Positions 56,937 to 64,000 of a DNA stretch of 64,000 nucleotides are shown here, one piece after another. The DNA lies in assembly GCA_937879955.1 (NCBI GenBank), contig CALFMK010000001.1, positions 201,578 to 265,577 on the forward strand, written 5' to 3'. The position numbers and the translations under genes are program-made. The notes under the pieces are model-generated. The model did not search any database. It was not told the DNA's origin and saw only the letters and a program-made list of their open reading frames with translations. How positions within the stretch are numbered: the stretch's first letter is position 1; each line of letters begins with the position of its first letter. This DNA is from an uncultured bacterium (GTDB taxonomy: Bacteria; Patescibacteriota; Minisyncoccia; Phycocordibacterales; Phycocordibacteraceae).

Positions 56937-57184
56937 TAAGGAGAGGCTTACGCAGCCTCCTCCTCGCCAGCCTCCTCAGGAGCTGCTTCCTCGGCCGGAG
57001 CCTCGGCAACCTCCTCCTCGACGCCCTCTACTGGGGCGACAACCTCGTTCTCATCCATGATGATTTGGGAGAATGGCCTTGCTCTGCCGTGAGGCGAAAG
57101 ACAAAGCCATCCAATGCTTAATTGGCTGGCAATTCGACCGACAGGATAAGTGTAGCAGCCGACGGTGAATGCACAATGAACCCG

Positions 57185-58435
57185 CTACACCTTCGCTTTC
57201 GGCTCGTTCATGTCCCAGATGAGGGCCGCCACGTTGCGAGGCTTCCCTTCGAACGGGAGATGATGGTTGTCGAAGAACGGCATGCTGTTGCACTCGAGTA
57301 TGCCGCAGCGGTCCTGCTCCTTCCATGAGCGGCTCATGTCGCCGACGATGAAGTCGAGGCCCACGATCGCCGCCTTGAGCACGCGTGCCACCTCCTCGAA
57401 GAGCGCGATGTTGTCAGGGTGGGTCTCATCCGTGACGTCCGCGGTGGTGCCGCCCACGCTCCAGTTGATCTTCTGGTGCAGCGTCGCGCGTACGCCTTCC
57501 GGCAGCACGCTGTCGACGGTGAGCCCCTGCCACGCGAGCTCGGCTTCGGCCAGGGCGTCGAGCTTCATCTGGTGGAAGTAGGGGCCCGAGCGGGCCGGAT
57601 GCTGGTTCGCCTTCTCGACGAGCTCCGCTATGGTGCTCACCCCGTCCCCTATGACATGCGGCTGGTCCCTGCGGAGCGCCGCCGCGAACTTCCCGTCGAC
57701 GACCGTCGCGCGGTACACCGAGCCGACGAGCTCCTCCTCGATCACGACCTTCGGCGCGATCTGCTTCGCGATCCTGAAGCCGCGCGCGAGCTCCTCTTCG
57801 TTCGTTATGTGAAGGACGGTATGACGGGAGGCGGAGCCCGAGAACGGCTTCGCGATGACCGGCGGCGTGAGCGTCTTGAAGAGCTTCTTCGCCTCCTTGA
57901 GCGTCTCTACCGCCCCGCCCTTCGCTACCGGCAGTCCGAGCTTCCGGAACTTCTCCTTGAGCACCGCCTTGTTGTCCATCCACGGTACGCGCTCAATCTC
58001 TGCCTTCCCAGGGATCGGGATGCCCTCGTACGCGATCTGCCTGCCGTCCGGATACCTCGCCACGAAGATGTTGCGCGGAAGGTTGAAGAGGCGGAACTCC
58101 GCGACCTCGATCCCCCGCTCCTTCGCCTCGTTCCAAAGCATGAGCGCGAGCAGCTGCGTGTCGTCGTCCGCTTCCGTGACGCGCGTCGCCCATCCTTGAT
58201 CCATCATCATGTTGAGTATCTTCGGGGTGAGCCTGCGCTCGATGCCGTAGACGATCCGGGCTATCGCGCGGAAGAGCGCGTTCGGGGTCGTGAGGGGCGC
58301 CATGATCTCGTCCACGACGATGCTTATATAGGTGGTCTTATGGAAGATGGCCCCGTCGCCGCACTCGGCGCATTCCTGGGGCTTCGGGAGTGTGAATGCC
58401 ATGGTCCGTACAGTATAGCTCATATGCTTGGCCAT
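57185..58435 (-). CDS. stand-alone ATP-grasp protein homologous to the N-terminal (aspartate-adding) module of cyanophycin synthetase CphA; N-terminal Cys-rich segment
   Basis: Long collinear similarity, from memory, to CphA residues about 1-470: HVIGDGVSTIAELVEKAN.., LDSVLPEGV..ATANLSTGGTA-like INWSVGGTTADVTDETHPDN, GLDIAGIDVV-like GLDFIVGDM, and the terminal NSMPFFDNHHLPFEGKPRNVAALIWDM vs CphA NAAPGFRMHVAPSQGIPRNVAAPVIDM. No Mur-ligase-like C-terminal domain follows. Confidence 0.6.
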   Translation of the reverse strand: MAKHMSYTVRTMAFTLPKPQECAECGDGAIFHKTTYISIVVDEIMAPLTTPNALFRAIARIVYGIERRLTPKILNMMMDQGWATRVTEADDDTQLLALMLWNEAKERGIEVAEFRLFNLPRNIFVARYPDGRQIAYEGIPIPGKAEIERVPWMDNKAVLKEKFRKLGLPVAKGGAVETLKEAKKLFKTLTPPVIAKPFSGSASRHTVLHITNEEELARGFRIAKQIAPKVVIEEELVGSVYRATVVDGKFAAALRRDQPHVIGDGVSTIAELVEKANQHPARSGPYFHQMKLDALAEAELAWQGLTVDSVLPEGVRATLHQKINWSVGGTTADVTDETHPDNIALFEEVARVLKAAIVGLDFIVGDMSRSWKEQDRCGILECNSMPFFDNHHLPFEGKPRNVAALIWDMNEPKAKV

Positions 58436-58517
58436 GCTGCCCGTTCATGAACGCTTCAGGGCACTTGCGGTAGGCTCGAGACCAGGCTGATCATTCACAT
58501 CCAGGGGGATATTCAGG

Positions 58518-59636
58518 ATGGAAATACTTCCGAATCCGTATAGCAATAGCTTGCTCGTGCGACGCCTTGGCATGAGCCCCGAGATCGGGGTCTTCGACCT
58601 CGATCATACGCTCACAGGACCAAAGAGCGCACAGGTGAAGGCTCACGCCCTCATCAACGCCCGCGGACCCATGATCATCAATACCGCTCGCGAGACCGGC
58701 ATGGTCATGTCGAGCGGCGCGCTCGAAGCGTCACGCAAGTACGGCTACGAACGCGCCGCGCCGCATCTTGGCGTGGACGAGGAGACCGGGAAGCGCACCT
58801 ACGCGAGACCCGAGCGACTCGATCAGTATGCTGGGCATCTCGATCCGGCCGCCATCATCGGCTTCGGGGGCGGCGTGCTGCTCCGGCAGCACGATCGCGG
58901 CTACGCCATGGACGATTCCTTCTCGAGCCTGCTCGGGAAGGACTTCCGGAAGCGCATGCGCGCGCACCTCGAGGCCATCGACTTCGAGGGCGACCTTATC
59001 GCGTACCTCTCGCCGCTTGAGGACGAGACCGCCTTCGTAGACGGGCGGACGGACGTGGAGCCGCTCTACTGGCGGATCCAGGTCAATCCGAAGGACGAGG
59101 TGCATAAGACGGACCTCAAGTTCCGCATTGCGTCGTATCTGCTCGCCATCGGCGAGTATGCGGCCGTGCGGATCGTGGACGAGAGCCGCCCAGGCCGCCC
59201 GTGCTTCTATATCGTCCCCGTCATGGGTACGAAGGAAGCGTCGGCCGACCATCTGCTCCGGCATTCGCTCGAAGAAGCGAGAGTCGACATCAAGAGCGTG
59301 AATCTCACGCTCGCGGATGACGCGTTCACCGGCCTGCACATGGCGACCGACGTGCTCCCCGGAGCGAACGGGACGTTCATACTTCCCGGCAAGGCTCCGG
59401 TTGCGCGGCACCTCATGCCTTCGAGCGACGTCTACGGGAAGCCGTTCGTCGGCGAGGACGTGTCCTGGCTTCTCGAGCGGCTCGAGCCAACCACCCAGGA
59501 AGGCGTCTACCGCTGCCGCATGCCCGGCGACATGCCCGACCGGCGATTCGTCATCGCCGACCAGGCCGTCCCCGGCCTCGTAGCCGCGGAGTCCATCCTC
59601 GCGCTCGACGAGCGCGGACTCATCTATCCCGCGTAG
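58518..59636 (+). CDS. HAD-superfamily hydrolase-like protein
   Basis: Motif I VFDLDHTLTG (DxDxT). About 370 aa, larger than a minimal HAD phosphatase. True start may be MSPEIG at 58572. Confidence 0.5.
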   Translation: MEILPNPYSNSLLVRRLGMSPEIGVFDLDHTLTGPKSAQVKAHALINARGPMIINTARETGMVMSSGALEASRKYGYERAAPHLGVDEETGKRTYARPERLDQYAGHLDPAAIIGFGGGVLLRQHDRGYAMDDSFSSLLGKDFRKRMRAHLEAIDFEGDLIAYLSPLEDETAFVDGRTDVEPLYWRIQVNPKDEVHKTDLKFRIASYLLAIGEYAAVRIVDESRPGRPCFYIVPVMGTKEASADHLLRHSLEEARVDIKSVNLTLADDAFTGLHMATDVLPGANGTFILPGKAPVARHLMPSSDVYGKPFVGEDVSWLLERLEPTTQEGVYRCRMPGDMPDRRFVIADQAVPGLVAAESILALDERGLIYPA

Positions 59637-59643
59637 AACCTTC

Positions 59644-59677
59644 AAGGGCGCCCGCTTTCGCGGACGCCCTTTTTCTT
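59644..59677. terminator. Rho-independent terminator (HAD gene) abutting tRNA-Ser 3' end
   Basis: aagggcg-cccgctttcgcgga-cgccctt followed by tttctttgg. Confidence 0.6.
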
Positions 59678-59765
59678 TGGCGGAGAGGGGGAGATTCGAA
59701 CTCCCGATACCTTTCGGCATGCCGGTTTTCGAAACCGGTCGTTTCAACCACTCACGCACCTCTCC
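59678..59765 (-). tRNA. tRNA-Ser (anticodon CGA), class II, CCA encoded
   Basis: Minus-strand GGAGAGG...anticodon stem CCGGT/ACCGG with loop TTCGAAA...long variable arm...GGGAG-TTCGAAT-CTCCC-CCTCTCC-G-CCA. Coordinates anchored to ORF 58731..59759 (GTG at tRNA positions 7-9). Confidence 0.85.
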
Positions 59766-59837
59766 GTGGATTGGAACCCATGCATCCTAGCATTTCCGGT
59801 GCCAAAAATGTAGGATGGCTAGGTGCCGCACAGGAAA

Positions 59838-59912
59838 GGTCCCATCGTCTAACGGTTAGGACGCCCGCCTTTCACGCAGGAAATCGGGGTTCGATTCCCC
59901 GTGGGATCACCA
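59838..59912 (+). tRNA. tRNA-Glu (anticodon UUC), CCA encoded
   Basis: GGTCCCA acceptor, D-arm GTCT-AACGGTTA-GGAC, anticodon loop CTTTCAC (stem with one mismatch as read), T-arm GGGG-TTCGATT-CCCC, GGGATC-A-CCA. Confidence 0.8.
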
Positions 59913-60050
59913 TCTGAAAAGTTGACAATATAATACGATTGTAGTAATCTTTCAGCATCAACGTAGCGCTGAGTAAGTAGTACGGAAATCGTAGTTTCGA
60001 TATCCAGCCTCATTGATGCTTACTTAGGTGCGCAGAAAAACACTATCGTC

Positions 60051-60251
60051 ATGCAGACAGGAACTATCGTCGGACTTACTGACAAGGGCTTCGGATTTAT
60101 CCGCATCGAGGGAGTAGCGAAGGACCTCTTCTTCCACTCCAACGAGCTCGTGAACGTACACTTCGACGACCTCCGCCAGGGAGACAAGCTCGAGTTCGAG
60201 ATCGCAGAGGGTCCTAAGGGACAGAACGCGGTCAAGGTCAGCAAGATCTAA
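60051..60251 (+). CDS. cold-shock protein (CspA family)
   Basis: GTIVGLTDKGFGFIRIEGVAKDLFFHSNEL contains the RNP1 (KGFGFI) and RNP2 (LFFHS) motifs. Confidence 0.9.
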   Translation: MQTGTIVGLTDKGFGFIRIEGVAKDLFFHSNELVNVHFDDLRQGDKLEFEIAEGPKGQNAVKVSKI

Positions 60252-60288
60252 CCCGAACGCAAAAGCGCCCCATCTCGGGGCGCTTTTG

Positions 60289-60957
60289 CTATGCCTTGGA
60301 GAGTATCTGCTCTGGAGATATCGCTCCTTCGCGCAGGATGCGCGGCACCCCGTCCACGATCGTCACGACGGTCGAGGCCTTCTTCCCGCCATGCGGTCCA
60401 GCATCTATGACGAGGCCGATGTCATGCGCATGGTCCCCGAACTGCAGGATCGCCTCCTGCACGGTCGCGGCCGTCTCCCGTCCGCTCCGGTTCGCGGAAG
60501 TGGCGGTGTACGGCCTGCCGAACGCCTTAGCGAGCGCGAGGCAGAACGGATCGTCGGGGATCCGGATGCCCACCTTCCCGGCGAGCGTGAGCTCCTTCGG
60601 GATGCGGGGCGTCGCCGCGAGCACGAGGGTGAGCGCGCCGGGGAGGAACCGGTCCGCGAGAGCGCGAGCCGCGTCGTCCATAACCGCGTACGTCGGGATC
60701 GACGCTACGCTAGGGACGATCACGGATATCGGCTTCTTCTTCTCGCGTCCCTTGATCTCGCGCAGCGTCGCGAGCGCCTTCGGGTTCGTGGCATCCGCCG
60801 CGAGGCCGTAGACGGTGTCCGTCGGGAACAGCACTACCCCGCCCTTGGCGAGTATCCGGGCGGCCTTCTCGGCAGCCTTCCCTATCCCGGCCTCCGTGAG
60901 CGCGAGCATCTCCATGGGTTGAATGGTAGCCCCAAATACGGTATCGTGCGAACACAT
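60289..60957 (-). CDS. tsaC: L-threonylcarbamoyladenylate synthase (TsaC/YrdC/Sua5 family)
   Basis: GGVVLFPTDTVYGLAADATNPKALATLREIKGR is the YrdC-fold signature. Real start may be the internal MEMLALT (about 60915), since ATG 60955-60957 abuts tRNA-Val. Confidence 0.8.
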   Translation of the reverse strand: MCSHDTVFGATIQPMEMLALTEAGIGKAAEKAARILAKGGVVLFPTDTVYGLAADATNPKALATLREIKGREKKKPISVIVPSVASIPTYAVMDDAARALADRFLPGALTLVLAATPRIPKELTLAGKVGIRIPDDPFCLALAKAFGRPYTATSANRSGRETAATVQEAILQFGDHAHDIGLVIDAGPHGGKKASTVVTIVDGVPRILREGAISPEQILSKA

Positions 60958-61034
60958 GCGCGCTTAGCTCAGTTGGTTAGAGCGTCTCATTGACGTTGAG
61001 AAGGTCGGGGATTCGAATTCCTCAGCGCGCACCA
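60958..61034 (+). tRNA. tRNA-Val (anticodon GAC), CCA encoded
   Basis: GCGCGCT acceptor, D-arm GCTC-AGTTGGTTA-GAGC, anticodon stem TCTCA/TGAGA with loop TTGACGT, T-arm GGGGA-TTCGAAT-TCCTC, AGCGCGC-A-CCA. Confidence 0.85.
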
Positions 61035-61102
61035 GAACGAAGGCCCCGGAAGGGGCTTTCGTCGTTCGCCTCGAGCCTTCAAATACGCTATAACGGACCT
61101 AT

Positions 61103-61966
61103 ATGGATACCCGCACTATCGTCTTCTATCACGGCAGCTGCCCGGACGGCTTCGGGGGCGCGTATGCGGCCTGGAAGAGGTTCGGCGACGCCGCCGAGTA
61201 CGTCCCGCTCTCCCGCGGGGACGACGAGCTCCCGGACGTGACCGGTGCGGACGTCTTCTTTATCGACTTCGTGTATGAGAAGGAGCGCATGGACGAGATC
61301 GCCGCGAAAGCCAAGAGCCTCGTCGCGCTCGACCACCACGCGGGCGTGCAGAGCGTGACGGAATCCTTCCCGGGGTCCGTCTTCGACAACGACCGTTCCG
61401 GCGCGACCCTCGCCTGGCACTACTTCCATCCGGACGAGCTCACGCCGCGCCTCCTCTCGCTCGTGGAAGACGACGATCTCTTCCGCTTCGCCCTTCCTGA
61501 TACCCGCCCGGTTATCGCCTACCTCTCCGTGAAGCCGTACACGTTCGAGCTCTGGGACGAGGTCCGTGCGCTTCTCGACGATCCGGAGAAGAGCGCATCG
61601 TTCCTCGAGAAGGTCCGAACCTACGCGGAGTACTTCGAGCTCCTCGCGCAGCTCGCCGTGGACCACGCGAAGCTGGTGGAGTTCGAGGGGCATCAGGTGT
61701 ACTTCGCCACGGCGCACCCGTTCAAGCCGATGAAGTCGCTCGTCGGGAACCTGCTCGCGAGGAAGCAGGGCCCGTTCGCGCTCGTGGTGGCCGCGCATCC
61801 GAAGGGATTCGGCGTATCCATCCGCGGGGACGGCTCGGTCGACGTCTCTGCCATCGCGCAGAAGTACGGCGGGAACGGACACAAGAGCTCGTCCGGATTC
61901 CTGATTCCTGCAGGAGGGCCTATGCCGTGGACCATAGTCGAGACCGATGAGGATACTCGCGATTGA
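61103..61966 (+). CDS. DHH-family phosphoesterase (NrnA-like nanoRNase / pAp phosphatase)
   Basis: DHH motif block LVALDHHAGV, N-terminal MDTRTIVFYHGSCPDGFGGAY, DHHA1-like C-terminal region with GGNGHKSSSGF (GGGH-type). Confidence 0.75.
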   Translation: MDTRTIVFYHGSCPDGFGGAYAAWKRFGDAAEYVPLSRGDDELPDVTGADVFFIDFVYEKERMDEIAAKAKSLVALDHHAGVQSVTESFPGSVFDNDRSGATLAWHYFHPDELTPRLLSLVEDDDLFRFALPDTRPVIAYLSVKPYTFELWDEVRALLDDPEKSASFLEKVRTYAEYFELLAQLAVDHAKLVEFEGHQVYFATAHPFKPMKSLVGNLLARKQGPFALVVAAHPKGFGVSIRGDGSVDVSAIAQKYGGNGHKSSSGFLIPAGGPMPWTIVETDEDTRD

Positions 61967-63116
61967 GACCAGCTGCGACGAGACCGCCGTCACCGTCCTC
62001 GAAGCCGAGGGTGACGAGTCCTCCGCGCAGTTCCGCATCCTCGGGAACGCGCTCCTCTCGCAGATAGACATACATCGCGAGTTCGGCGGCGTGTTCCCCG
62101 CGGTCGCCAAGCGCGAGCACGCGAAGAACCTCGTGCCGATGCTCCACAACGCGCTCGAAGGCGCCGGGCTTCTCGTGCCTGCCTCGTCTCCCGTGCCCGA
62201 GGGTCTCGGCGAGCTCCTTGCGCGCGAGGCTGGCCTCGCCGACGCGCTCACGGCATTTTTCAGTACCTACGGCATCCCTGACATCGACGCGATCGCCGTG
62301 ACGAACGGCCCCGGCCTCGAGCCTGCGCTCTGGGTTGGCGTGAACTTCGCGAAGGCGCTCGCGATGACCTGGGAGAAGCCGCTCATCGGCATCAACCACA
62401 TGGAGGGCCATCTCCTCTCCGCGATGACGACCGCGTCGACCGACGACCCGTCCGCGTTCTCCATCGAAGGCATCGAGCGTCCCATGCTCGGCCTCCTCAT
62501 CTCCGGCGGCCATACCGAGCTCGTCTCCATGAGGGACTGGCTCTCGTACGAGCTCGTGGGCCGCACCCGCGATGACGCCGTGGGCGAGGCGTACGACAAG
62601 GTGGCGCGCATGATCGGACTCCCGTATCCGGGCGGTCCTGAGGTCTCCTTGCTCGCGGAGAAGGCGCGCGAGACGCCGAAAACGGACGCGTTCGCCCTTC
62701 CCCGCCCGATGCTGAAGGACGCGCACATGGACTTCTCGTTCTCCGGCCTCAAGACCGCAGTCCTGTACCTCGTGAAGGACCGCGAGCTGAGCGATACGGA
62801 GAAGGAAGCGCTCGCCCGCGAGTTCGAGGACGCGGTCGCGGACGTGCTGTTCGCGAAGGCCTCTCGCGCGCTCCTCCATACCGGCGCGAAGACCATCGTG
62901 CTCGGCGGCGGCGTCTCGGCCAACACGAACATCCGCCGCGTCTTCGCAGAGCGCCTCGCGATCGAGCACCCCGAGGTACGGCTCTGCATCCCGGCCGCGC
63001 GCTTCACCACCGACAACGCGATCATGATCGCTATCAGCGGCTTCTACCGCGCGCTCCGGAAGGAGTTCGTCGCGCCTGGGGACCTCGTGGCGGACGGCAA
63101 CCGCTCCATCGCGTAG
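61947..63116 (+). CDS. tsaD: tRNA N6-adenosine threonylcarbamoyltransferase TsaD (Kae1/YgjD family)
   Basis: MRILAIETSCDETAVTVLE, metal-binding HMEGHLL, GGVSANTNIRRVF. Confidence 0.9.
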   Translation: MRILAIETSCDETAVTVLEAEGDESSAQFRILGNALLSQIDIHREFGGVFPAVAKREHAKNLVPMLHNALEGAGLLVPASSPVPEGLGELLAREAGLADALTAFFSTYGIPDIDAIAVTNGPGLEPALWVGVNFAKALAMTWEKPLIGINHMEGHLLSAMTTASTDDPSAFSIEGIERPMLGLLISGGHTELVSMRDWLSYELVGRTRDDAVGEAYDKVARMIGLPYPGGPEVSLLAEKARETPKTDAFALPRPMLKDAHMDFSFSGLKTAVLYLVKDRELSDTEKEALAREFEDAVADVLFAKASRALLHTGAKTIVLGGGVSANTNIRRVFAERLAIEHPEVRLCIPAARFTTDNAIMIAISGFYRALRKEFVAPGDLVADGNRSIA

Positions 63117-63125
63117 ACGGAAAAC

Positions 63126-63158
63126 GGCCCGCGACATTCGTCGCGGGCCTCGTGTTCA
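63126..63158 (+). terminator. Rho-independent-like terminator after tsaD
   Basis: ggcccgcgac-attcg-tcgcgggcc followed by tcgtgttc. Confidence 0.5.
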
Positions 63159-63399
63159 TAGCAGGTGCGGTTAGTCAGTCGGAGGATGCCTGCCCATGAG
63201 GGGCAGGTCGTCCTCGGTCCTGGGCTTCATCGTGGCCGCAGCCAGGTCTTCGCGCAGATCGTGAGGGACCTCCTCCATCCGAAGCGCCCGTGCGGGCGTC
63301 GGCTCGTCGGTACGAGCGGTTGCCATAAGAACTCCTTTACTGATTGGTTCTCGGCCCATACTACGATAAAAGCGGCGTATCTGCTATATTTCTGAGTAC

Positions 63400-64000
63400 A
63401 TGGACGAGAAATTCCTGAAGCCCTACGACCCGGCCGCGACCGAATCCCGCATCTACGCGGAGTGGGAGGAGAGCGGCTATTTCAATCCGGACGCTATGAT
63501 CGAGGCAGGCCTCACGAAGCCTGACGCCGAGACCTACTCCATCGTCCTCCCGCCCCCGAACGTCACCGGGCGCCTTCACATGGGCCACGCGCTCATGCTC
63601 GCCGTCGAGGACGTCTTCGTCCGTGCCAAGCGCATGCAGGGCTTCCGCACCCTCTGGGTGCCGGGCACCGACCACGCCGCCATCGCCACGCAGTCCGTGG
63701 TCGAGAAGGACATCATGAAGAAGGAGGGCAAGAGCCGTCATGACCTCGGCCGCGAGGAGCTCCTCGCGCGCATCGGGAAGTTCGCCGAAGAGAGTCACGA
63801 CACTATCATCAGCCAGCTCAAGACCATGGGCGCCTCGCTCGACTGGTCCCGCGAGGCGTTCACGCTCGACGAGAAGCGCACGCGCGCGGTGCACACCGTC
63901 TTCAAGCGCATGTACGACGCGGGCCTTATCTACCGCGGCAACCGCATCGTGAACTGGGACCCGAAGGGCCAGACCACCATCTCCGACGACGAGATCGTGC
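63400..64000 (+). CDS. valS: valyl-tRNA synthetase (N-terminal part; continues beyond window end)
   Basis: ATG at 63400: MDEKFLKPYDPAATESRIYAEWEESGYFNPD...PPPNVTGRLHMGHAL (class I HIGH motif). Reading frame open to the window end, so absent from the ORF track. Confidence 0.85.
   Translation, partial: MDEKFLKPYDPAATESRIYAEWEESGYFNPDAMIEAGLTKPDAETYSIVLPPPNVTGRLHMGHALMLAVEDVFVRAKRMQGFRTLWVPGTDHAAIATQSVVEKDIMKKEGKSRHDLGREELLARIGKFAEESHDTIISQLKTMGASLDWSREAFTLDEKRTRAVHTVFKRMYDAGLIYRGNRIVNWDPKGQTTISDDEIV

Noticed and set aside
56938-57048. 36-aa highly acidic minus-strand ORF (MDENEVVAPVEGVEEEVAEAPAEEAAPEEAGEEEAA) after the trxB terminator
   Set aside because: No convincing SD or promoter. The composition mirrors the GC-rich repeat (GAGGAG)n of the region. 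Kept only as a note.
59766-59837. Imperfect inverted repeat CATCCTA...TAGGATG between tRNA-Ser and tRNA-Glu as a possible regulatory element
   Set aside because: Arms are short (7 bp) with a 25-nt loop. More likely fortuitous or promoter context for tRNA-Glu.

Overview
High-GC (~65%) bacterial chromosome segment. Its gene content is typical of a reduced-genome, CPR/Patescibacteria-like organism: short IF-2 (501 aa), short DnaX (342 aa), many translation and cell-division genes, no biosynthetic operons, and multiple TrbC/VirB2-like small pilin-like proteins plus a type IV pilin and DprA. Confidently recognised genes, in window order: ABC-F ATPase (partial), HI0933-type flavoprotein, dnaX, dus, ftsQ-like, serS, dprA, topA, rel (RelA/SpoT), parB, peroxiredoxin, miaA, rpmG, clpB, cysteine desulfurase, infB, rbfA, alr, gyrA, rpsA, pth, lepB, rpsU, ybeY, ftsA, ftsZ, trxB, cspA-like, tsaC, DHH/NrnA-like, tsaD and valS (partial). 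Nine tRNAs are read by hand: Gln-TTG, Leu-CAA, Trp-CCA, Leu-TAA, Lys-CTT, Leu-TAG, Ser-CGA, Glu-TTC and Val-GAC. The most unusual content: (i) a translationally coupled three-gene operon at 21145-23647 in which VirB2/TrbC-like pilin domains are fused to peptidoglycan hydrolase domains (SLT lytic transglycosylase; M15/VanY peptidase); (ii) a tandem array of five VirB2/TrbC-like paralogs at 38589-40511; (iii) several small lower-GC islets next to tRNAs carrying orphan small genes; (iv) a cyanophycin-synthetase N-terminal-like stand-alone ATP-grasp protein. Many long ORFs in the track are GC-driven antisense artefacts and were not called. Coordinates of hand-called RNAs and hairpins may be off by a few nt.
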